Below are positions 41,387-50,600 of a stretch of 56,866 nucleotides of DNA, one piece after another. The stretch spans positions 1 through 56,866 of the forward strand of contig JAUCCO010000004.1 of the NCBI GenBank assembly GCA_034676125.1, given 5' to 3'. Positions within the stretch are counted from its first letter, which is position 1. Every line of letters begins with the position of its first letter. Source of the stretch: Bacteroidia bacterium (GTDB taxonomy: Bacteria; Bacteroidota; Bacteroidia; UKL13-3). Below the pieces are notes generated by a model. The model saw only the letters and a list, made by a program, of their open reading frames with translations, was not told the origin of the DNA and did not search any database. Position numbers and translations under genes: made by a program.

Positions 41387-42421
41387 TTAACATAAATGTG
41401 CTTTCAAGTTATTAATAGCTATTTGAATAAACTTTGGATTGGTAAACAAAGTTTTCTTTCTGCTACTCCAACTTGTCAATTCCTGGTTAATAGCTTCTTG
41501 TGAATATGCTTTTTTTTCAGAGATTATAAAATCAATAGTAGATAGTAGTTCTAAAGCAAAAGGTGAATAAAATCCAGTTAAAAATGATTTTGTCTTGTCT
41601 ACAGTATGTTTGTAAGCTTCGTTTTCGGACCTGCCTAAAAAACGATCCACTTCTATTTCAGCATCAGGTACTATTTCCAATTCTTCAAACGGTTTCTTAT
41701 CTTTTGAACTGTAACCCATAATATAGCTGCCATTCAAGTAATATAAAACGTGTTTTACTTTGCCCGAATAAGGACCATAAAAATTTGGATGAAACTCTAA
41801 CTTGAAAGTATCCTTTGCACCAAAGCGTTGCAAAAAATACGCAATTTTTTCAGATGAAAACTCAGATACAAATTCACCGTTGCGAACCAACTCATATAAA
41901 ACAGAAAGTAACATTGCTCTTGCGGGCGTCAACTTAACTCTTTCTTTTTTCATTGCTTCTTGTATAGCTGTGCTTGGTTCGTAAATGTAAATATCACAAT
42001 CTATATCTACCAATTTTTTTTCTAAAATTTGTTTTACTTTGTTCCAATCCAAACCACCATTTCCAGCGCCCAAAGGTGGAATAGCGATAGACTTGATTTT
42101 CTTTTCTTTTATTACGTTTATCAACTCTGTCAAGCCCGACTCAATATACTGATACTCTGAAGGGAGGCGCCAACTTGTTTTTGTCGGAAAATTAATAATT
42201 ATTTTCTTGCCTGCAAGCAGTGATTCCTCAACTGTAACTAAAAGTTGTCCAACCTTAACTTCTTTATTTTTGCATGCATTGGAATACAACTTGTAGTTGT
42301 TAGGAAACATATTTTTAAATTGCAATGCAATTCCTTTGCCCATAACACCTACAGTATTAACTGTGTTAACCAAAGCTTCTGCTTCACTGTCAAATAAGTT
42401 TCCCGTTTTGTAGTAAATCAT
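41387..42421 (-). CDS. darG: DarG antitoxin (macrodomain DNA ADP-ribosyl glycohydrolase + C-terminal domain)
   Basis: LVNTVNTVGVMGKGIALQFK, INFPTK..WR, PPLGAGNGGLDW, YGPYS, LELLST. Lies 3 nt after darT. Confidence 0.92.
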   Translation of the reverse strand: MIYYKTGNLFDSEAEALVNTVNTVGVMGKGIALQFKNMFPNNYKLYSNACKNKEVKVGQLLVTVEESLLAGKKIIINFPTKTSWRLPSEYQYIESGLTELINVIKEKKIKSIAIPPLGAGNGGLDWNKVKQILEKKLVDIDCDIYIYEPSTAIQEAMKKERVKLTPARAMLLSVLYELVRNGEFVSEFSSEKIAYFLQRFGAKDTFKLEFHPNFYGPYSGKVKHVLYYLNGSYIMGYSSKDKKPFEELEIVPDAEIEVDRFLGRSENEAYKHTVDKTKSFLTGFYSPFALELLSTIDFIISEKKAYSQEAINQELTSWSSRKKTLFTNPKFIQIAINNLKAHLC

Positions 42422-42424
42422 ATG

Positions 42425-43048
42425 TTAAAAATAATACTCTAATTTAATGTGAACATTAGCGGCATTTGCACCAAAATTTATTACTCTGTTTTTTGCATTT
42501 TCATTGTAAGTAAGATAACCTAAAATAGCTTCTTTTTTTATATCTCCTAATACCAGAAACTCGGCTTCTTTTCTTCGTTTTATATCTAAATCACTTTCGT
42601 CTATCCAATATTTAGCATTAATGGCTTTTTTGTCTAAAACTTCCTCAATATTTTGAATATCAGCGGCTGTATATTGAGAACTAAACCTGTCTACAGCGTG
42701 ACCATCGGTAAATACAAAATCTAATTCAAGATCAATGATTCTTTGAACGGAACTAACGCAATATATAATATTTTCAGCAGAAGTTGGGGCAACCATGTTG
42801 AATCCATTTTGCACAACGTAAAGCATTGGTGTTCTTACTCCAAAATAAAACGGAATATACTCCCCTATATGTCTTCCATTATTTAATAAAAAATCATTTC
42901 TAGTTGCAATTAGACTAACATCACCAATAGGTTGAAAATTAGAATTAGCATTAGTTGATTTAGAATGTGTAATGCCATTTTTAAGAATATGTGGAATATT
43001 CTCAATATGAGTCATTCTAAATAAATATATTTTATTCAAATCAGGCAT
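42425..43048 (-). CDS. darT: DarT ssDNA ADP-ribosyltransferase toxin (DUF4433)
   Basis: THIENIP.IL..G, YIPFYF..RTPMLY, FTDGHA, RRKEAEFLV with the catalytic Glu. Confidence 0.92.
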   Translation of the reverse strand: MPDLNKIYLFRMTHIENIPHILKNGITHSKSTNANSNFQPIGDVSLIATRNDFLLNNGRHIGEYIPFYFGVRTPMLYVVQNGFNMVAPTSAENIIYCVSSVQRIIDLELDFVFTDGHAVDRFSSQYTAADIQNIEEVLDKKAINAKYWIDESDLDIKRRKEAEFLVLGDIKKEAILGYLTYNENAKNRVINFGANAANVHIKLEYYF

Positions 43049-43170
43049 TCTGCGAATTTAATTTATTCCAACTTTCATTTGTTATATTTTAATTTAATTA
43101 AGCATGTGTTTACACGACTTAATAGCAACACCTTTTATTTACAGCATTGTAAACTTCCTGTTATACAATT

Positions 43171-44325
43171 TTATAAGTTTAATGCCGCATCTAAGTATAC
43201 ATAAATGTCACTTGGTAGTTCATCACCTTGTTTTGTAGCTCTTTTCTGACCAAGGCGCACTACTATAGTTTTTAAATCTGGTATGGCAAAAATATATTGT
43301 CCTCTAATTCCGCGGGCATAAAAAATATCGTGTCCTTTGTGTTTCATCAACCACCATTGGTAACCATATTGATGATACGGTTTTCCATTTTCATCCACCA
43401 AATTTGCGGGTGTTATAGCTTGTTGCACATAACTAGAGTCAATAATTTGAATACCATTATTGTACCCATAATTCATCATCAACTTGGCTAGTTTAGCATA
43501 GTCGCGGGCATTGGTGTACCAACAGCAACTCACTTTTTCCATCCCGTTTTCATCCAAACTCCAATAAGCAGGTTGCTCGGCTCCAATTGGTTTCCATAAT
43601 TTTTGTGAGGCATAACTTGCTACAGATTTTCCTGTAACTTTTTTTAATATCATACCCAAAATTTGTGTATCGCCACCTTTATAAAACCAAGTAACACCAG
43701 GTGCTTGTTTTGGTATAGCTTGTGCAAGCGTAAGTTTGTTTACATCTGCACCATAATACGCTTCGGCTGGCCACGAAAACATGCTTGAATAATCTTCTTT
43801 AAAACCCAAACCACTGCTCATGGTAAGCAAATGTTTGATGGTTATTTTTTGTAATTCGCCATTTTTAAATTCATCAACATAATTAGAAACGGGCTCATCA
43901 ACACTTTTTAATAATCCATCTTTTAAAGCACAACCAATTAGCATGGAGGTAATTGATTTTGACATGCTAAATGAGTTGATGTAGGAATTTTGATCATAAC
44001 CTTCCCAGTTTTTTTCAAACAATAAACTATCTTCTTTAATCACTAAAAAAGATACTGTTTCAAAACCTTCCATTAATGCAATAGCGCTATCACTTATAAT
44101 GCCTTTATTGTATTGGGTTGATAGTGGCCAAGGCTGCGGTTTATCTGTGGCAACTTCGTTGGTTTTAAACCAAGTCAACTCATCAATATCAGGATTTAAT
44201 CTTCCTTTAAAAATGGTATATGGCAAAAGGGTATTTAAGAACGTATTTCCCGATAAAATTATATAGGTTTCGGCAATAGCAAAAACACCAAAAACAATTA
44301 ACACAAACCATTTTAGAAATTTCAT
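43171..44325 (-). CDS. Serine hydrolase, beta-lactamase class C / NylB-like family
   Basis: SFSMSKS (SxxK), HLLTMSSG, YGYQWW, N-terminal anchor. Confidence 0.88.
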   Translation of the reverse strand: MKFLKWFVLIVFGVFAIAETYIILSGNTFLNTLLPYTIFKGRLNPDIDELTWFKTNEVATDKPQPWPLSTQYNKGIISDSAIALMEGFETVSFLVIKEDSLLFEKNWEGYDQNSYINSFSMSKSITSMLIGCALKDGLLKSVDEPVSNYVDEFKNGELQKITIKHLLTMSSGLGFKEDYSSMFSWPAEAYYGADVNKLTLAQAIPKQAPGVTWFYKGGDTQILGMILKKVTGKSVASYASQKLWKPIGAEQPAYWSLDENGMEKVSCCWYTNARDYAKLAKLMMNYGYNNGIQIIDSSYVQQAITPANLVDENGKPYHQYGYQWWLMKHKGHDIFYARGIRGQYIFAIPDLKTIVVRLGQKRATKQGDELPSDIYVYLDAALNL

Positions 44326-44411
44326 TTTATTAAATTATTAACTGTTTAAAAAGTGTTATCAAAACTATTTATGCCAACCTATTTATAACGAAAAACTTAC
44401 TATGAATAAAG

Positions 44412-45806
44412 TTAATTAGCCTTAGCCAATCCGCTTACGTAATTTAATCCACCACGCTCTTTAATTTTACCAAAACCGCCCCACACATTTTTTATTAATT
44501 TAAATCCTTTTGCTCTTAAAAAACTTGCAGCAATCATACTGCGGTAACCACCTGCACAATAAATTAAATACTCTTTATTTGGGTCGAGATTTTTATAACT
44601 TGTTGTAATATTATCTAACGAAAGATGTTGTGCTTTATCAACGTGCAAGTCGAGAAACTCTCCGGGTTTACGCACATCTAAAACGCTAACTTCAGTATGT
44701 TTTACATCTAATTCAAACTCTTCATCATCAATAGAAATAATCATATCAAAGCGTTTTTCGGCATCAACCCAAGCATCAAAACCACCTTTTAAAAATCCTT
44801 TAATATTATCAAACCCAACACGCGTTAATCTTTCGGCACTTTCTTGCTCTTTACCTGCTTCTGTTACTAACATAATGGGTGAAGTAATATCTAATAACGT
44901 AGCTGCCCAAATTGCATATTGTCCATTTAAACCAAAATTTAATGATGAAGGCACAAAACCCAACTCAAACACATCAGGAATTCGGGTATCGATAATGGTG
45001 ATATTATTTTTTATGGCGGCTTCTACATCAGCAACAGATAAGGGTTTAAGCGCCTGTTTCAACACATCATCAAAAGCAGCATAACCTTGTTTATTTAAGG
45101 TAGCATCTTTAAAAAAATATGCAGGGGCAGGTTGTATACCCGCAGTAACTGTTTTTATAAAATCAGTCTTACTCATGGGTTGCAAGGCATAGTTTGCTTT
45201 ACGTTGTTCGCCAATGGAACTAAAAGTTTCTTTGCCAATATTTTTTCCGCAAGCACTGCCGGCACCATGGGCTGGATACACAATTACATCATCTGCCAAT
45301 GGCAATAATTTGTTGTGTAACGAGTCGTACATCATACCTGCAAGTTCTTCTTTTGTGATAACGCCATCTAATAAATCTGGCCTACCAACATCGCCCACAA
45401 ATAAAGTATCGCCAGTAAACACACTATGCGTTTTTCCGTTTTTATCAGTCAATAAAAAACAGCTACTTTCTGGTGTATGTCCGGGAGTGTGCAATACGGT
45501 AATGTTTATATCACCAAGTTTTAACACTTCGTTATCAGTAGCTACATGCACTTTATAATTGGTTTTAGTGGTAGGACCATAAACTATTGTTGCCCCAGTT
45601 TTTTGGGCTAAATCAATATGTCCGCTTACAAAATCTGCATGAAAATGAGTTTCGAAAATGTATTTAATTTTTGCCCCACGCTGATTGGCCATTTGTAAAT
45701 AAGTATCGTAATCACGCAAAGGATCTATAATTGCGGCCTCGCCATTACTTTCGATGTAATAAGCCGCTTGCGCCAAGCAAGTAGTATATAATTGTTGAAT
45801 AAACAT
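44412..45806 (-). CDS. MBL-fold persulfide dioxygenase-like protein fused to rhodanese domains (CstB-like)
   Basis: ETHFHADFVSGH, TPGHTPES, GDTLF, PAHGAGSACG, C-terminal YCAGGYRS. Start at MFIQQ. Confidence 0.85.
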   Translation of the reverse strand: MFIQQLYTTCLAQAAYYIESNGEAAIIDPLRDYDTYLQMANQRGAKIKYIFETHFHADFVSGHIDLAQKTGATIVYGPTTKTNYKVHVATDNEVLKLGDINITVLHTPGHTPESSCFLLTDKNGKTHSVFTGDTLFVGDVGRPDLLDGVITKEELAGMMYDSLHNKLLPLADDVIVYPAHGAGSACGKNIGKETFSSIGEQRKANYALQPMSKTDFIKTVTAGIQPAPAYFFKDATLNKQGYAAFDDVLKQALKPLSVADVEAAIKNNITIIDTRIPDVFELGFVPSSLNFGLNGQYAIWAATLLDITSPIMLVTEAGKEQESAERLTRVGFDNIKGFLKGGFDAWVDAEKRFDMIISIDDEEFELDVKHTEVSVLDVRKPGEFLDLHVDKAQHLSLDNITTSYKNLDPNKEYLIYCAGGYRSMIAASFLRAKGFKLIKNVWGGFGKIKERGGLNYVSGLAKAN

Positions 45807-45968
45807 GTGTAATCTATTTGTAAGTGAAAGCAACAAAGTTCATCAATTTGGTGAATTATCAAAACAAAGGATTCCGGATAATCAAAAAAATTATTAATCA
45901 ATCAGCTGCTTACTTCTTAATTGTAAAAAAACATGTTAGCTATTTTAAAACAAAAAAGTACTTACAAA

Positions 45969-45982
45969 GTAACCTATGTTAC
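45969..45982. promoter_or_regulatory. Palindromic putative operator GTAAC-N4-GTTAC
   Basis: Perfect 5-bp inverted arms in the divergent intergenic region. Confidence 0.5.
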
Positions 45983-46029
45983 CAAGTACCATTTATTTAT
46001 TATGGAGTTTTGCATAAACGAAAAAAAAC

Positions 46030-46434
46030 ATGAAAAAACTTACATCATTATTTAAAAAAACGGCCTTAATGGGATTTGTATTAGTAGCAATTACTAGTTG
46101 TTCAAACGCTCAAAAAGGCGATTTTACAAACATTAACGCAACACAAGCAACAGAGATTATAAAAACTGAAAATGCCATTTTAATTGATGTAAGATCGGCA
46201 AGCGAAGTAGCACAAGGTTACATTGATGGAACAAGCATTTTTGCGGATGTTCAGGGTAGCGATTTTGAATCGAAAATTGGTGCACTGGATAAAACAAAAA
46301 CATACGTTGTTTATTGTAGAAGCGGCTCTCGTAGCGCAAGGGCTGCATATATTATGAACCAAAACGGCTTTACAAAAGTTTATAATTTAGATAGCGGAAT
46401 TAGTGGTTGGGGCGGCACCATAATTAAACCTTAA
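46030..46434 (+). CDS. Rhodanese-like lipoprotein
   Basis: Lipobox ITSC, IDVR, VYCRSGSRS, NLDSGI..W. Confidence 0.88.
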   Translation: MKKLTSLFKKTALMGFVLVAITSCSNAQKGDFTNINATQATEIIKTENAILIDVRSASEVAQGYIDGTSIFADVQGSDFESKIGALDKTKTYVVYCRSGSRSARAAYIMNQNGFTKVYNLDSGISGWGGTIIKP

Positions 46435-47414
46435 TGATACAAATTACCAAAAACTACAAAGGTGTTTTATTGGCAACTTTAATTGGATTGTTGGCATATT
46501 ATATTCCAGTAATTATACCCTCGGCATTAAACAGTATTTTAATGGCATTATTATTAGGAATGTTAGTAGGCAACACGCTTAAAATTGGTGATGAATTTCA
46601 GCTTGGAATAGGATTTACAAGCAGCAAATTATTAGAGTTTTCTATCCTATTTTTAGCCTTTAGCATAAACTATGCGCACATTGCGGCACTAGGTGTAACA
46701 AGCTTTAGTGTTATAGCAATTACCATAGTAATAATGTTGTTATTAATTTATTACTTAGCCATTAAATTAAAGTGCCCAGGTTCAACAGGTTGGTTAATTG
46801 GTTTTGGCACTGCTATATGTGGTTCATCTGCAATTGCTGCTTTATCGCCAAGTGTTGCTAAAAATAAAGAAGACATAGGTATAGCCATGGCCGTAGTTAA
46901 TTTGTTTGGTAGTATTGGCATGATAATAATACCCCTGGTGTTGGTACTTTTTAGTTTAGATACCACAAAAATGGGACTACTAATTGGCGGTTCATTACAC
47001 TCGGTAGGCAATGTGGTGGGTGCTGGTTATGGCATAAGCAACCAAGTGGGTGAAGCCGCCATTACCATTAAGTTAGCTAGGGTTGCATTATTATCTCCTG
47101 CATTGATATTTTTTAACATTTTAGTAAATAAACAAGAGGTAAAATCTTGGCACCAATATTTAAAATTGCCTTGGTATTTATGGGCTTTTATTGCCATTAC
47201 TATTCTAACATCAATGATAACTTTGCCAACTGCTTTTATTAATATAATGGATACCTTAGGAAAAGTAGTGTTAACAATTGCAATGGCAGCAATTGGATTA
47301 AAAGTGAGCTTTACAAAACTAATACTATCGGGCAGGCAAGGTTTATATTTTGGTTTGATCATTTTTATAGTGCAAATTTTAGTGTTAAGCGTTTTAACTT
47401 TTTTGATGGTATAG
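46434..47414 (+). CDS. YeiH family (putative sulfate exporter) membrane protein
   Basis: GTAICGSSAIAA, IKLARV, AMAAIGL. TAATG coupling to the rhodanese gene. Confidence 0.87.
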   Translation: MIQITKNYKGVLLATLIGLLAYYIPVIIPSALNSILMALLLGMLVGNTLKIGDEFQLGIGFTSSKLLEFSILFLAFSINYAHIAALGVTSFSVIAITIVIMLLLIYYLAIKLKCPGSTGWLIGFGTAICGSSAIAALSPSVAKNKEDIGIAMAVVNLFGSIGMIIIPLVLVLFSLDTTKMGLLIGGSLHSVGNVVGAGYGISNQVGEAAITIKLARVALLSPALIFFNILVNKQEVKSWHQYLKLPWYLWAFIAITILTSMITLPTAFINIMDTLGKVVLTIAMAAIGLKVSFTKLILSGRQGLYFGLIIFIVQILVLSVLTFLMV

Positions 47415-47565
47415 TAACCAAATAAGTTTGTTTGAATCGCTAATATAGTAGCATGTTAAAACTTGCTAACCCCCTCGTTAATTGAGCACACAAACTCAAT
47501 ATACACAAACGTATACAATTTAGCTGATGCATAATTTACCCAATAATTAAAGCAATTAAAAACAC

Positions 47566-47597
47566 AAAAAGGCCATCCAAGTAAAGATGGCCTTTTT
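47566..47597. terminator. Bidirectional intrinsic terminator
   Basis: CAAAAAGGCCATC...GATGGCCTTTTTG. Confidence 0.85.
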
Positions 47598-47643
47598 GCT
47601 TTAAATATGACTGAGTAAAAACTATATGTTAGACAAACTTACT

Positions 47644-50600
47644 TTAATCTGTTATAATTAATTTAGTACTATATGAGTTTTCTTTATCTTTTATTAAAAG
47701 CAAATACACTCCTTTTTTCAGGTTAGTATTAACCAAAAATTCTTCTCCTGTTTTTACTGAATTTTCGGGTATTAATTGTTTTCCTAATAAATCTAAAACG
47801 GTAAATTTAATATCCCTAAGCTCGTTGTTTTTAACAACAAACTTACCATTTGTAGGATTTGGGTACACCACAATATTACCTAATACTGATGCTTCTTTAA
47901 GTCCTACTAGTCCACTTTGAATAACAGGAAGAGACCTTGTTATGGTTTCTGTCTTAAATATTACGCTTGTAGTTCTTTTTGATCCTATATGTACACCTGG
48001 CACACTTAAAGTAACAAATTGTGTTCCACTTCCAGAGTTGGTACTTACTTGAAGCCAACTGTCTTCAACGGTAACAGTCCAACTGGTATTAGAAGTTACT
48101 TTTACACCAAATGGTAATGGATTTTCATTAAAGATAACTTGAGATTTATCAAGTATTAATATTGGTTGTTCTATAACAATAGTTTTATTAACTGGCATTC
48201 CCACACAACCTTTCGAACTGGTTTGTTTAACTTTTATATTACCATTCCCAGTTCCTGTCCATTTAATACCAGCAGAAAAAGTAGTATCTCCATTTTGTTG
48301 AATACCTTTAGTTATCGACCAATTGAATTTAGACCCAGTAATGTTTGGGACAGAATAAGCATAGGTATTATTTATTAATACATTAGCTGGTCCGGTAATA
48401 TTAAACGTTCCAGGAATAGGATTAACACTCAAGCTAATTGTATTTGAAGTATCAGAACAACCTTCAGTAGTCTTACCAAACAAACTATATGTTCCAATAT
48501 CAGATCGGTTAATTGATGGCTTATTGCCTCCAATGGAGTAACCGTTTTTTATCCATGTATAGTTGGCAAGCGGCTTAACTATACTATCTTGGTAATAAAA
48601 CAAGGTTGACATACCTACACAAATGTTATCACCTGCGCTACTTAATATTTGAACATTGGGCTGTTCTCCCTTACTTAATGTTGTATATCCAGAGTCTGAA
48701 CATCCATAAACATTTTGAACCTTTACACTATATTTTCCACTATCCAAAGCATAAAAAAAAGTATCTGTAGCAAAAGGAATCACTACTCCGTTATGCATCC
48801 ACTGATAAGATAAATCATTTTTTTTAGCGCCACTAGAACTAATTAGTAAGCTATCCATTCCGCAAATTACTGTTCCCTTGTAATAGCGAAAACCAGGTTT
48901 TGATGGAACAGAATTTCTTGTAACATTAACAATTTTTGAACTATCAACGCAGCCGAATATATTTGTAAGAACTGCCTTGTATGCTCCATTGCCATTTACA
49001 TTTGCTATACTTGTTTTACCAAGTGAAAGGATCGTATTATTTCTATACCATTGAATAGCGGCTACAGTAGCATTGGAATCAACAGTTAATTTAAATGGAC
49101 TGCCCAAACAAAATGCAGTATCCGTTGCAGGCGTTAAATAAGCATACGTTCTAGGGTTTATATTAATAATTATATTTTCAGAAGTATCACTACAGTTTAA
49201 TTCAGTGTTTGTTACTAAAACTTTATACGTACCTGATTCAACGGTTTTATATTTATTCGATTTAGCATTAACAATCTCATTACCATTACGCATCCATTGG
49301 TAAGTATATTCAACCCCTTCTTTTGTGTATAATGAAACTGTGTCGCCTTGGCATATTGGGCTACGATAACTGCTGTTAACTAATGCTTTACAAGTATTTA
49401 AATACGTAGCCAATTTATTCATTGGTTTTCCTGCAATAGTATCAAAATCTCCACCATAAATAGTTATATCATCATCTATATAAATATCATTAATGTCACT
49501 ATTAACAATTGGTGTGCTAATCATACTGTCGCCCTGTAAACTAAATGCAGCAAGAAATTTCTTCGGTTGAGCATTAATGGTTTTAAAGTTCCCTGCGACA
49601 TATATGTCTGGACCTAATATCTTTAATATTGAAACACTACCAGATGCATTTGGATTCCAAGAATTTGTAGTTGCAGTATTTTTATTTATTGCTGCAAGAT
49701 TATTTCTTGTAATTCCTCCAACATTCGTAAATATACCTCCAATGTATATTAAACTGTCTTTCATTTCAATGTCATATATAGTATTATTTACATTACAGTT
49801 CCAACTATAAGGCAACCCAGTTGTTTTATTAACAGCTGCAATATTATTTCTATTTTGTCCACTAATTGAGGTGAAACTACCAACCACCCAAAGCGTGTCT
49901 CCTGAAATTTCAATATCTTTAACATTTCCATAATTCATTGCAAGTGTAAATGCATCTACATCATTTGTTGCTAAGTTTATCACTGCAATAGTTCTCCTTG
50001 ACATTGAGTTTATTGCGGTAAAAGATCCAAGAATATATAATTTACCATCATTATAAATCATTTTATAAACACCATCGTTAATACCAGCAATATTTAAGGA
50101 TGCTGGCAAACCTGTCCTTATGTTTACAGCCGCTAAATTAGTTCTAAACCCCGTAAAGTCACCTCCAATATACAAAAGACTATCATGCAAAGTCATTCCT
50201 GAAATAAACCCAGTTATAGTAGGTATTTTCCAATCTCTTTTTGCCCTTCCAGTAATTAGGTCTATAGCCACTATTTTATCTTGCTTCAAACCTCCTATGG
50301 ATTTAAAATCGCCTCCAAAAAACATTTTTTCATTATTTGCTACAATGGAATAGATTGTATGATTAGAGTTTAATGCTGGTGTCTCATTTGGTAACATAAT
50401 CCCCGTTTTAGTTATAACAACAAGCCCACCGATTGATGGCGCTTGGAAATCTCCGCCTACATAAATAACCCCGTTGCCTTCTGAAATACTATATACAGCA
50501 GTTCCACCATAAGTAGCTAATCCTACATTCGTTGACAAAACAGCTCCAACAGACGCGGTATCTAACATTGCGAATAATTTTCTAACTGAACTCTTTATTG

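Noticed and set aside
41194-43170. attC-like or terminal repeats flanking darTG
   Set aside because: Only short TAAC/GTTA words are present, with no convincing paired inverted structure.
43171-45806. Antibiotic-resistance beta-lactamases
   Set aside because: Only fold-level similarity. The motifs fit a NylB-like serine hydrolase and a persulfide dioxygenase-rhodanese fusion.
47415-47560. Small hairpins after yeiH as an ncRNA
   Set aside because: Stems are short and AT-rich, consistent with chance.
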